60,040 bases of DNA from a virus (taxonomy: Duplodnaviria > Caudoviricetes), in the IMG/VR virus record IMGVR_UViG_3300025154_000101, positions 1 to 60,040 of that record. The stretch is one strand, 5' to 3'. The notes under the pieces were generated by a model. That model worked only from the letters and a program-made list of their open reading frames with translations. It made no database searches and was not told the DNA's origin. The position numbers and the translations under genes were made by a program. Shown one piece after another: positions 1-9,110 of the stretch (positions are counted from its first letter, which is position 1; every line of letters starts with the position of its first letter).

Positions 1-612
1 TATTTGGAGGCTTGTTTAAAGCGGAAAAATCAGATCCGGTTGGAAGTGTTGGCGGCAAAGGTCACTACTTTGAAAGCATGGGCGCAATTAACCACAAATT
101 TAACGCCAGAAGCAGCCAGAGCAAGCGCAGAAAGATGGCAAGGAGAACGGCATAGGCCCATATGGGCAGAAGGGGAGAAGATGAAGATATTTGAAAAACT
201 TAAAGATCACATGGTCGTAAAAAGCCAGTACGGCAGCTGGGGCATTTTATACCGAAAAGATAATGGATGGTGGCATATAGTTTATCAAGGCGGTGGGCAA
301 GTTTTCACAGAAAAAGATTTTGCTGAATACGTATCAGAGGTATACGAGTGCAATGATAAAGGGCAATATTACGCACTTCAATTTTTAGCAAATCCCGAAA
401 TGCACATAAAAAATTACACAAAGATATATCCACCCCGGCCTGTGCCGTTTCTGGAGGCTGTCAAGGCGTACAGCGAGGGAAAGACGGTGAAGTGTGAATA
501 TAGCTCAGTAATTCACAGATATAAACAAGAGGGCAATGGATTTGTTGATGAAAATGGGGAAGCCATTACATCGTACGAGATTTTAAACGGCACCTGGACA
601 GCGGAGGGTTGA
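1..612 (+). CDS. Hypothetical protein spanning the circular junction (starts at ATG 59984; possible internal start at 181)
   Basis: GGAGG RBS before ATG 59984; 19 codons to the window end join in frame to TAT TTG GAG at position 1; second RBS (AAGGGGAG) before 181. Confidence 0.7.
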   Translation, partial: YLEACLKRKNQIRLEVLAAKVTTLKAWAQLTTNLTPEAARASAERWQGERHRPIWAEGEKMKIFEKLKDHMVVKSQYGSWGILYRKDNGWWHIVYQGGGQVFTEKDFAEYVSEVYECNDKGQYYALQFLANPEMHIKNYTKIYPPRPVPFLEAVKAYSEGKTVKCEYSSVIHRYKQEGNGFVDENGEAITSYEILNGTWTAEG

Positions 613-613
613 C

Positions 614-802
614 ATGGACAATAACATATGGTTTGCACTGCTAATCCTTGCCGCAATAATCGTAATAGGCCTGCATGAATGGCGGTATGAGCGCAGGAAG
701 CAGATAGAGACAGCAGACAGTATCAACTTTGACCGATGCAGCGAGGAAGAGTTTGAGGCTAAGGTGGCGGAGTTGAAGAGGGATATGGAGGGGAAGGGAT
801 GA
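614..802 (+). CDS. Small membrane protein
   Basis: RBS GGAGGG; N-terminal hydrophobic helix. Confidence 0.6.
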   Translation: MDNNIWFALLILAAIIVIGLHEWRYERRKQIETADSINFDRCSEEEFEAKVAELKRDMEGKG

Positions 803-1410
803 AAGTAGCAGTAATTTGTGAGTTTTCTGGCGTAGTACGGGACGCATTTACTAGGCTGGGGCATGATGCAATATCCTTTGATTTGTTGCCATCTGAAACG
901 GGGGGGCAACACAGGCAAGGTGATATATACGATTTATCAAGAGAATACTGGAAACGGTTTGACCTTGCTATTTGTCACCCACCATGCACACACTTGGCAG
1001 TATCAGGTGCCAGGTGGTTCAAGGAAAAGGAATTTGAACAATACAAAGCCTTGAAGTTTGTTGAATACCTGATGGAGTTACCCATAGAAAGAATTGCCAT
1101 AGAGAATCCGGTATCGATTATATCAAGCAAAATACGCAAGCCTGACCAAATAATCCAGCCTTACATGTTTGGACATCCGGAAACAAAAAAGACCTGCTTA
1201 TGGCTTAAGAATCTTCCGAAGCTTGTACCCACAAACATAGTTGAGCCGGTATACATTATAGGCAGGGACGGTAAAAAGTATTCGCCGGTGCATTACTGCA
1301 GTCAGTGGAAAGACAATGAAATCAGGTGGAAAATTCGCAGCCGTACATATGAAGGAATTGGAAACGCAATGGCGGCACAATGGGGCAGCAACGGTCTAGC
1401 GGAGCCGTAA
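799..1410 (+). CDS. Phage DNA cytosine methyltransferase-like protein
   Basis: N-terminal CEFSG SAM-binding-like motif, HPPC catalytic motif, ENP motif. Confidence 0.7.
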   Translation: MKVAVICEFSGVVRDAFTRLGHDAISFDLLPSETGGQHRQGDIYDLSREYWKRFDLAICHPPCTHLAVSGARWFKEKEFEQYKALKFVEYLMELPIERIAIENPVSIISSKIRKPDQIIQPYMFGHPETKKTCLWLKNLPKLVPTNIVEPVYIIGRDGKKYSPVHYCSQWKDNEIRWKIRSRTYEGIGNAMAAQWGSNGLAEP

Positions 1411-1728
1411 ATCCGCCGCAAAGCCCACATTACGGAGCGCATGGTCGGTTGCGAGGGCTAAAGAATAATAGTGTCGGAGGAAGCCCATGGAGGCAATATT
1501 CGGATTCGATTGGTTTGCTTGGCTAAGTCAAATATCAAGGCATTGCACAGTCTGCTATGCAAGCGATAAAGTCAGCAAGCCACACCGGTTGTCGGTGGTG
1601 ATCGGATATCCTACTGGATTCGTTTAGATTTAAAGACTGTGCATCTACTACAAAATTCAATATTGATAAGGGAAAGTACTAATAACCTGTTTAACAGTGG
1701 CAGAGGCCGTCGAACCTCTGCCGAATAT

Positions 1729-1801
1729 GGAGGAAGCGGTACCAATAGCACTTAGCGGAGATTGGTATACGGCTGCAAAGGTGAAAAGCCTTATTCCTCC
1801 A
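1729..1801 (+). ncRNA. tRNA-like structure lacking a canonical D arm
   Basis: GGAGGAA/TTCCTCC-A acceptor-like stem, AAGG-TGAAAAG-CCTT T-arm-like hairpin, internal TACCAAT/ATTGGTA stem. Confidence 0.4.
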
Positions 1802-1881
1802 CAAAGCCCGACACAAGCTGATAACTGGGGCTATAAAGAGGGGTGTACAGCCGTTCCCGCTTACGTTAAAGCGGGTTATAT

Positions 1882-1956
1882 GGGGAAGTAGCTCATTGGT
1901 AGAGCACCGTATACCAATTCTACGGAGGTACGTTGGTTCAAATCCCACCTTTCCCA
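1882..1956 (+). tRNA. Atypical tRNA or tRNA-like RNA with a 9-nt anticodon loop (identity unclear, CCA/CAA)
   Basis: GGGGAAG/CTTTCCC acceptor stem, TAGCTCATTGGTAGAGC D arm, CCGTA/TACGG anticodon stem around TACCAATTC, GGTTCAAATCC T loop. Confidence 0.75.
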
Positions 1957-1997
1957 CTAGCCGCAAGGCAAATAAATTTTATGGGAGGGTCTAAATT

Positions 1998-2408
1998 ATG
2001 AAAGGCATATCAAAAATCATAGTGCTTGCGCTCGTTATTTTTATTGCGCTATCACTGGTTGGGTGTCAGCGTGAGGCGGACAAGGTAAGCTACAACCTGT
2101 CAATGCAAGCTGATAATTTCAATGTAACAAGGCAGCTCACGGTAATCAACACAAGGGCGGAGGATGGCAACAATGCAGTTCTATTCCAGATGACAGGTAA
2201 CTTTTCGATTAACAAGGAATCAGATGGGGATCTAGCGGTCATAGGTGAAGAACCTGACGGCACGTACTACAAACATTTTGTATATCTCACAAGAGACATC
2301 AGCTATATTGTTGAAGATCTTGGAGGTACAAGCGTAAACAAGCATAAGTATGAAATCAACTTTAATCCCCAAATGATAATTCCAGTTAAAGCAGCAGTTA
2401 TTGACTAG
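1998..2408 (+). CDS. Phage lipoprotein
   Basis: Signal peptide with lipobox LVGC; RBS GGGAGG. Confidence 0.7.
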   Translation: MKGISKIIVLALVIFIALSLVGCQREADKVSYNLSMQADNFNVTRQLTVINTRAEDGNNAVLFQMTGNFSINKESDGDLAVIGEEPDGTYYKHFVYLTRDISYIVEDLGGTSVNKHKYEINFNPQMIIPVKAAVID

Positions 2409-2613
2409 GTCAACGCCAGCCGGAGCGATATCCGGCAGCCCTTCAGGGCAGGAGGTCACCATGTCAAAGGAATACATAATCTTACTCTGCTACCTTGCCG
2501 CAATCGTAGCCAGCTTCTATGGTGGCCGTAACTATGAGCGGTGTTACCGCAAATGGCAAGCACAGAAGGATGTGGAATCAATCAAGAATAAATACAAAGG
2601 GGGTAAATGGTAA

Positions 2614-3219
2614 ATGAAATCATTGGGGACTGGATATTCTTACGAGAAGCTTTATGGTGTATGGAAAGGTATGAGACAAAGGTGCTACAGGGAAAATTCA
2701 AAGCACTATAAGGATTACGGCGGTCGTGGAATTACAGTCTGTGACGAGTGGAGAGGAAGCTATTTATCTTTTAGAGGATGGGCTTTGGAAAACGGTTATC
2801 GGTTCGGTTTAACAATTGACAGAAGAGATAACGATAAAGGATACTACCCTGATAACTGCCACTGGATAACCCACAAACAGCAGCAATTTAACAAAAGAGA
2901 CAATCGCCTTATTGTCATTAATGGCATTACAAAAACGGCAACTGAGTGGGCTTTGTGTTCTGGTATTAACCCCAAAACCATAGATAAAAGGCTGCGCCTT
3001 GGCTGGAACGGGAAATCTTTAATCTCGCCGGTCGATCCTAGAAAAAGAAGCGATAATAGAATATTTTTCATAAATGGTGAATTTCTTGCTGCTTACGAGA
3101 TTTGTAAAAAATATGGCGTTGATGAATCAACTATACGCAACAGGATAGCGAGAGGATGGCTACCAAAAGATCTAATTAAGCCAAAGGGTTACAGAGGAAA
3201 GGAGAGAGTTAAAGGATGA
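2614..3219 (+). CDS. HNH-type homing endonuclease-like protein
   Basis: YGVWKGMRQRC...YGGRGITVCDEW...TIDRRDNDKGYYPDNC motif, C-terminal repeated HTH-like segments. Confidence 0.8.
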   Translation: MKSLGTGYSYEKLYGVWKGMRQRCYRENSKHYKDYGGRGITVCDEWRGSYLSFRGWALENGYRFGLTIDRRDNDKGYYPDNCHWITHKQQQFNKRDNRLIVINGITKTATEWALCSGINPKTIDKRLRLGWNGKSLISPVDPRKRSDNRIFFINGEFLAAYEICKKYGVDESTIRNRIARGWLPKDLIKPKGYRGKERVKG

Positions 3220-3476
3220 AAAGTTTAGGAATTGCCAGAAAAATAGATGGTATTGGAAGGGTTACGCTCCCGATGGAAGTCAGAAAAGTAAACGTATGGA
3301 ATGAAGGTGACCACATGGAATTCTTCACCGATGCCCACACGGTTATAATCCGCAAACTTGAAAGAGGTTGCACATTCTGCAAGGGCACAAGCGGTCTGAA
3401 GGAATTTGGCGGGCATGAGGTTTGCGGGCATTGCAGGGAGGATATGAGGAAGCTTTACAGAGAAGGGAAGGTGTAA
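3216..3476 (+). CDS. AbrB/MazE/SpoVT-family DNA-binding protein with C-terminal CxxC..CxxC
   Basis: MKSLGIARKIDGIGRVTLPMEVRK matches the AbrB N-terminal pattern. Confidence 0.85.
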   Translation: MKSLGIARKIDGIGRVTLPMEVRKVNVWNEGDHMEFFTDAHTVIIRKLERGCTFCKGTSGLKEFGGHEVCGHCREDMRKLYREGKV

Positions 3477-3657
3477 GTTGTGCCAAAGGTAATGTGCGAA
3501 TGGAACATGTGCCGGTTTAATTCCAACAAGGACCCGAACTCAGACGAAGCAGGAGAGTGCCAGTTTGAAGGTACTGTTGAGTTGAAAGACACAAGTAAGG
3601 AAAAGGAAGTCAACAAACTGGAGTGCCAGCAATTCGGATGGCAGGAGGCGGAGCAAG

Positions 3658-3858
3658 TTGAAGGAAAAGGTATATAGGTTTATCAAGCAGTTTATTGCGG
3701 AGAACGGTTATGCTCCGACAGTGAGGGAGATTGCCAAAGGTGTTGGATGTGTTCCTTCCACGGTTCATCATTATTTGCAGGCTTTAAGGTACGAGGGCTG
3801 TATTGATTATAAGCCGCAGATGCCCAGGATTATTGTCATTCTTAAGGAGGTGTCTTAA
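3658..3858 (+). CDS. LexA-like DNA-binding-domain-only protein
   Basis: NGYAPTVREIAKGVG..STVHHYLQAL..EG.I winged-helix motif; no peptidase domain. Confidence 0.8.
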   Translation: MKEKVYRFIKQFIAENGYAPTVREIAKGVGCVPSTVHHYLQALRYEGCIDYKPQMPRIIVILKEVS

Positions 3859-4128
3859 TGCCATACCCAGTAATCCAAAGAAATGACTATGTTGACAGCA
3901 TAGAGTCTGTGGAATCTCTGCAGGAATCGGTAACGGCGCTGATAACAGACTACATATTGCAATTGCAGAAGCAGATTCAAGAGCTGACCGCGGAGAATGA
4001 AAACCTGAGAGCGGAAAAAGAAAAAGCCCGGTAAGGGGCAGATAAAAGTATCTATAGTAAATATAACATGAGGGGAGTTAAAAAGCAAATGCAAAAGATT
4101 GAGGAAAAAGTAGACCTTTCAAAAAAAA

Positions 4129-4494
4129 GTGTTGGAAATTGACTTGGAAAGCATGATTTTCAATGCTATGAGGCAGGATCTCAACGAGGAAATCTTGCGG
4201 GGCGTGAAAAATGTGTTTGACGAAAAGTTCGAGTCTGCGGAAATATCTTTGAAAATAAATCTGGAAATACCAAATGCATACGAAACGTTCCGAAAAGTCG
4301 ACAAAGAAACAGGCGAAGAAATGAGCGAAGTGTTCAAGTACCGCAAACCAGTATTCAAGCACAACATTACCACCACGCTCAAGAAACAATTTAAGCAGGA
4401 TGGTACCTATACTGAGGCAAGAGATATTCAGTTCGAGGATGGCAGGTATATTGCGGTACCGGTTAAACAGGCACAAATGGACATGTTTGAATAG
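4129..4494 (+). CDS. Hypothetical phage protein
   Basis: ORF in the co-directional early operon; exact start uncertain. Confidence 0.55.
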   Translation: MLEIDLESMIFNAMRQDLNEEILRGVKNVFDEKFESAEISLKINLEIPNAYETFRKVDKETGEEMSEVFKYRKPVFKHNITTTLKKQFKQDGTYTEARDIQFEDGRYIAVPVKQAQMDMFE

Positions 4495-4701
4495 TCAACC
4501 ATTCCTTCGCCCCCTTCCTCTACACTACCAGCCCACCGAGCGGCGTTTGCGTGTTGAGACCTGGGCGGGGGATATACAGAAAGTGAGGTAAAAAAATGTC
4601 AGGTTGTGAACTTATAGGATGCAAGTATTATGTTGACAACAAATGCACTGAACCTTTTGACTATGTAAATAAAAATACAGGCGAAGATATGTGCAGCAGG
4701 A

Positions 4702-5469
4702 ATGATGATGCGATTCCGAGAGAGGAATACGAAAATGGACAGGTTTTGGAATGACGGTCCCGGATCACCATATGAGGATAGCAAATACTTATTTGAAAGC
4801 GAGGATGAAGAAATGAACGAACACGAACAGCAGCAACAAGCACTAACCATCACCCAAAAAGTACAGGCCTTTACTGTAAAAACGCAGCAGGATTATGACA
4901 ACGCCACCGAGGTCTGCAAGGACATAAAGGCTAAAATCAACAAGGCAGAGGAAGAATGGAAGCCATTAAAGGCCAAGGCACACGAAGCGTGGAAAGCTCT
5001 ATGCGCAAAGGAAAATGAAATGCTTGATAAATTCAGGCAGGCAGAGAAGATAATCAAAGACAAAATGACCACCTTCCAACGTCAACTGATGGAGGAACAA
5101 AGGATTCAGCGAGAGGAACAGGAACGTTTCCGCAAAGAGGAAGCAGACAGACTTATGAAAGCAGCGGAGGAAGCGCAGCAGGAAGGCATGGTGGAACATG
5201 CTGACTATTTAGTTGAGGAAGCTGCAAAAGCAGAGGTAATGAGGTTTGAGCCGATAAAGCAAGTTAAGACAGCGGGAACGGCGACACGCATAGTCTGGAA
5301 AGCAAGAGTCACCAACGATGCAATAGTCCCAGCCTACGCAAATGGCATGTGTATACGCAAGGTTGACGAGGCTGTGTTGAATAAGCTTGCAGGATTGGTA
5401 AAAGGCAAGTCAGATATACCCGGCGTGGAGTTTTACGAAGATGTCAGCATCGCAGTATCGAGGGGGTAG
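4702..5469 (+). CDS. Coiled-coil recombination-module protein (Gp157/Gam-like C-terminus); likely start 4813
   Basis: Long coiled coil ending in IPGVEFYE; directly upstream of ERF. Confidence 0.55.
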   Translation: MMMRFRERNTKMDRFWNDGPGSPYEDSKYLFESEDEEMNEHEQQQQALTITQKVQAFTVKTQQDYDNATEVCKDIKAKINKAEEEWKPLKAKAHEAWKALCAKENEMLDKFRQAEKIIKDKMTTFQRQLMEEQRIQREEQERFRKEEADRLMKAAEEAQQEGMVEHADYLVEEAAKAEVMRFEPIKQVKTAGTATRIVWKARVTNDAIVPAYANGMCIRKVDEAVLNKLAGLVKGKSDIPGVEFYEDVSIAVSRG

Positions 5470-5471
5470 TT

Positions 5472-6236
5472 ATGAATCTATATCAAAAGCTTATCGAAAC
5501 CAGGAAAGAAGTCCCGTACTTGCAAAAAGAAAATCAAGGCGAACAGTACAAATATGTTTCCAGTAGTCAGGTATTAGGCAATATTAAGGCCAAGCTTGAT
5601 GAATTAGGCATACTGCTGATTCCATCTGTTAAAAGCCATTTAGTGACAACTTCATCAATAGAATTTTTCAATGAAAAAAACAACGTCACAAAGCGCACAA
5701 ACACATACTTTACCGAACTCGACATGATTATGACATGGGTAAATGCTGAAAAGCCAGATGAAAAAATAGAGTGTTCATGGTACGGTCAAGGCGTGGACAT
5801 AGCAGGTGAAAAGGGAGTAGGCAAAGCCCTTACATATGCAGAAAAATACTTCATGTTGAAATTCTTCAACATTCCAACCGACAAAGATGATCCTGATGCT
5901 TTTCAGAAGCGCATGGACGATGAAGACCCACCGAAACAACCTCAAAAGCCACAGAATGCCCCACAACAGACTAAACCTGTCGGCAATGACAATCATGCAC
6001 CGGAACACTCACAAGCAGCCAAAAACGATCCTAGCGACCTTGAAAAGCGTGCGTCAAAAATATACTTTACCATGACAGGCAATAAAGAAGGGCAGAACGG
6101 TTGGCCTTTGGAACAATACAAGCAATGGCTGAAGGACTTCAAAGAAGCTGGCGCAATATCAACAGACTATGGTAAGAAATGGACAGAAAAAGATATAGCG
6201 TTCCTTGAGCTACAGCTTGTCGAGCTACCTTTCTGA
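5472..6236 (+). CDS. ERF-family single-strand annealing protein
   Basis: GKALTYAEKYFMLKFFNIPTDKDDPD ERF signature. Confidence 0.9.
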   Translation: MNLYQKLIETRKEVPYLQKENQGEQYKYVSSSQVLGNIKAKLDELGILLIPSVKSHLVTTSSIEFFNEKNNVTKRTNTYFTELDMIMTWVNAEKPDEKIECSWYGQGVDIAGEKGVGKALTYAEKYFMLKFFNIPTDKDDPDAFQKRMDDEDPPKQPQKPQNAPQQTKPVGNDNHAPEHSQAAKNDPSDLEKRASKIYFTMTGNKEGQNGWPLEQYKQWLKDFKEAGAISTDYGKKWTEKDIAFLELQLVELPF

Positions 6237-6459
6237 TGCAAGTACAGCAATTCCCCAAGCCGACACACAAGCGAAAAGTTGAGAAGGTACAGAAGATAAA
6301 GATGCAGGAACGCCGGGAATGTTGGGTAACGCACCAGATTACGGCGTACATTTCAATCCTGTGTTTGACTTGGAGTTGAAACAGGAGGGACAGAGGCGGT
6401 TTGAGGCGAGGTATTCAAGAGATGAATTCTACAGGATATTTGGGAGGTATTACACATGA
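6236..6459 (+). pseudogene. Frameshifted or internally deleted small phage Zn/HNH-like gene
   Basis: N-terminal frame (MQVQQFPK...RECWVT) and C-terminal frame (YGVHFNPVFDLELKQEGQRRFEARYSRDEFYRIFGRYYT) are out of frame; the central His/Cys core is absent. Confidence 0.55.
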
Positions 6460-7124
6460 GTTGCGAAATAGAACATCCAATTTTATTCAGTACAGCAATG
6501 ATAAAGGCAATTCTGGACGGTAAAAAGAGCATGACAAGAAGGATCATAAAATCTAAAACGCTAGACAAATTTATAAATCTTATCTGGAATCCAAACGAGA
6601 ATGTTTGTTATTGCCCATATGGTAAGGTTGGCGACATTCTCTGGGTTAGGGAAACGTGGGGGAATTATTCTTATGATGAACCAGAAAGCAATGTAGTATA
6701 TTTCATGTATCGTGCGGATTACCCAGATAATGCAAAAGGTTATTGGTATGAGCCGGAACAAATTAACTGGTGTGACCTTCCACGTTGGCGCCCCTCTATC
6801 CACATGCCACGTAAGGCCTGCCGTATTCGCTTAAGAATCACTGACGTTAAGGTTGAACGGTTGCAGGACATTACAAAGGAGGATGCAAAGGCGGAGGGAA
6901 TTGCTGAAACAGAAATCGTAAAAGCCTATAATTCTATTTTTAAACATAAAGGCGGTTTCGCGGATGATGTTGCAAAGCAAGAATTAACAAGGCTTTTCGG
7001 TACAGACAATGAATATATTTACACATTCAAAAACTTATGGAACTCCATAAATTATGACCGTGGCTATGGTTGGGACTTGAATCCATGGCTATGGGTAGTA
7101 AGTTTTGAGAGGGTATCTCCATGA
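6456..7124 (+). CDS. ASCH/PUA-like phage protein
   Basis: PILFSTAMIKAILDGKKSMTRR, GDILWVRETW, WRPSIHMPR, NPWLWVVSF motifs. Confidence 0.75.
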   Translation: MSCEIEHPILFSTAMIKAILDGKKSMTRRIIKSKTLDKFINLIWNPNENVCYCPYGKVGDILWVRETWGNYSYDEPESNVVYFMYRADYPDNAKGYWYEPEQINWCDLPRWRPSIHMPRKACRIRLRITDVKVERLQDITKEDAKAEGIAETEIVKAYNSIFKHKGGFADDVAKQELTRLFGTDNEYIYTFKNLWNSINYDRGYGWDLNPWLWVVSFERVSP

Positions 7125-7660
7125 AAGCACTATGCAACGCCATCCGCATCTCCTACAACGAGCACAACCATCCTGAACTCACTTTATCCCTCACCTGTTC
7201 CCGGCATGAGATAGCCACCGATCTGCAGGAACTAAAGGATGTGTTGGCAAAAGGTAAACTGCTAAGTGTGGAGATAAAGCAACACAGGGTAAAACGATCA
7301 CTAGACGCCAATGCCTACATGTGGGTCCTTCTCTCCGAACTTGCCGCAGCCCTTCACACCACCAAAGACGAACTATACCTTGTCATGCTTGAGCGGTACG
7401 GCGTATTTACTCATGTAGTAGTCAAGCCCAATGTAGTTGACAGGGTAAAGCAGGAATGGCGAACAGTCAGGGAGTTGGGAGAGGTGACAATAAAGGGGCA
7501 GACAGGGATACAGTTACAATGCTTTTTCGGTTCTTCAACCTACGACACCGCAGAAATGGCAAGGCTGATTGATGGAGTGGTCAGCGAATGCAAGGAAGTA
7601 GGCATAAACACTTTGACACCGGCAGAGCTTGCGCTGTTAAAACAGGAGTGGGGTAAGTAG
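7121..7660 (+). CDS. NinB-like recombination protein
   Basis: KRSLDANAYMWVL and GSSTYDTAEMARLIDGVVSECKEVGI motifs. Confidence 0.7.
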   Translation: MKALCNAIRISYNEHNHPELTLSLTCSRHEIATDLQELKDVLAKGKLLSVEIKQHRVKRSLDANAYMWVLLSELAAALHTTKDELYLVMLERYGVFTHVVVKPNVVDRVKQEWRTVRELGEVTIKGQTGIQLQCFFGSSTYDTAEMARLIDGVVSECKEVGINTLTPAELALLKQEWGK

Positions 7661-7686
7661 TGCGTAATTTAAAAATAATGCGAAGT
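7659..7686 (+). repeat. dif-like site a
   Basis: AGTGCGTAATT-TAAAAA-TAATGCGAAGT, overlapping the upstream stop codon. Confidence 0.65.
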
Positions 7687-7699
7687 AAAGAGGGCTGTT

Positions 7700-7846
7700 A
7701 TGAGAAATAAGTTTAAGGGAACTTGCTACAGATGCGGCAAAGAAGTTTTGCCAGGTAAAGGTCATTTTGAAAAGATCATTGGTACTAAAAATAGTTGGAG
7801 AGTCCAACACGCAGAGTGTGCAATAAAATTCAGAGGTAAAAAATAA
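7700..7846 (+). CDS. 48-aa Cys/His protein (cassette between sites a and b)
   Basis: Translated by hand: MRNKFKGTCYRCGKEV...VQHAECAIKFRGKK; RBS present. Confidence 0.7.
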   Translation: MRNKFKGTCYRCGKEVLPGKGHFEKIIGTKNSWRVQHAECAIKFRGKK

Positions 7847-7873
7847 TAGCGCGTAATAGGGATAATCCGCAGT
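7846..7873 (+). repeat. dif-like site b
   Basis: ATAGCGCGTAA-TAGGGA-TAATCCGCAGT, at the stop codon of 7700..7846. Confidence 0.65.
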
Positions 7874-8117
7874 AGCGACAATAGGGGAAAGTGAAATGGA
7901 AACTTTAGACGGTAGATTAGTTGAAGCAGACGAACCGAGATTTTTATTAGACCCCGACAGTGTATGTTATGGCTGTCAATTCTATGAATCAGGGTTATTT
8001 GATGATGAATGTACAACACCTGAACCATGCATACAAGGAAACATGAACGGTTACAGGATGGATGGATAATTTCTCATACTCCGGTGGGGCTTCGTGCCCC
8101 GCCAGTTTTAAGGCACT

Positions 8118-8157
8118 TGTGGATAATGTGGATAAAAAGGTAATTATCTGTGGATAA
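8118..8157. promoter_or_regulatory. Three perfect DnaA boxes
   Basis: TGTGGATAA (reverse complement of TTATCCACA) at 8118, 8127 and 8149, upstream of the replication initiator. Confidence 0.75.
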
Positions 8158-8246
8158 AACTTCAAGAACTCAGTAAAATCAACACTTTCAGGGCTTTATA
8201 TGATAAAATACATGCAGAACACATATTCGAGAATGGGGGTGAAAAA

Positions 8247-9110
8247 TTGCCCGGACCACAAAAAGAAAATGGATATACACCGATAGCCAATGAAATAATG
8301 GAACAGTTATACAAGCTTCCTTTCAATGGCACACAATTCAGGATTATTCTTGCGGTTTTTAGGTATACTTATGGATTCAGCCGAAAGGAGCACGAACTGT
8401 CAGAAACTTTTATTTCGTCATGTGTAAGCGCCAGTAGGCGGAATGTTCAAAGGGAGATAAAGGCTTTAATTGCTATGGATATCCTGAAAGTAACCAAACA
8501 AGCGTCATTTAATGCCACAAGGGAACTCGCTTTCAACAAGCACTATGAGGTATGGCGAATTAGTCACCTGGCGGCGAACTCGTCACCTGGTGACAAACCT
8601 GTCACCACAGGTGGCGGCGAACTCGTCATCACCCCAAGCAGCGATAAATTAAAAGAAAAAAACTTGCAGCCCAGCGGTGACAATGTTTTTGATGGGGTGG
8701 TGGCGAATCCGTCATCAGGCGGCGAACAGACCGCCCAAGATAAACAATATATTAAAACAAAATATAAAACAAAAGAGCAAAAACCTAAAAAGCAAAATCC
8801 TAACACCATATTGATAAACTTTTTTTGCGACGAGTACAAAATCAAATTTGGTAACCCGTATATGCCGAATTGGAAAAGGGATGGAGCCATAATAAAAGAT
8901 TTCCTTGACAATGAGTATACAGCAGACTACATGAAAACTTACATCACATGGTTCCTCAACTCCAACGATGAATACCTTAATAAAGTCGGGTACTCAATAC
9001 CACTACTTAAAACAAGACTAGAAAAATACCACCTAAAGCAAAAGAAAGAGTTGAGCAAATACCCAGATCAATCAAATTACTTTAAAGGAGGCAGCAATGT
9101 ACCCGAATAA
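8247..9110 (+). CDS. Phage replication initiator (lambda O-like N-terminus)
   Basis: ENGYTPIANEIME...QFRIILAVFRYTYGF motif; internal iterons; upstream of DnaB. Confidence 0.85.
   Translation: MPGPQKENGYTPIANEIMEQLYKLPFNGTQFRIILAVFRYTYGFSRKEHELSETFISSCVSASRRNVQREIKALIAMDILKVTKQASFNATRELAFNKHYEVWRISHLAANSSPGDKPVTTGGGELVITPSSDKLKEKNLQPSGDNVFDGVVANPSSGGEQTAQDKQYIKTKYKTKEQKPKKQNPNTILINFFCDEYKIKFGNPYMPNWKRDGAIIKDFLDNEYTADYMKTYITWFLNSNDEYLNKVGYSIPLLKTRLEKYHLKQKKELSKYPDQSNYFKGGSNVPE
8552..8736 (+). repeat. Iterons, putative replication origin inside the initiator gene
   Basis: GGCGGCGAACTCGTCA twice plus variants (TGGCGAATTAGTCA, TGGCGAATCCGTCA, GGCGGCGAACAG); GGTGACAAACCTGTCACC palindrome; A-rich tract follows. 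Confidence 0.7.

Noticed and set aside
1489-1801. Possible tmRNA (GGAGGC...GGATTCGA start, tRNA-like 3' end)
   Set aside because: No G3:U70 alanine determinant, no recognisable tag peptide, and the 3' stem pairs better with 1729-1735
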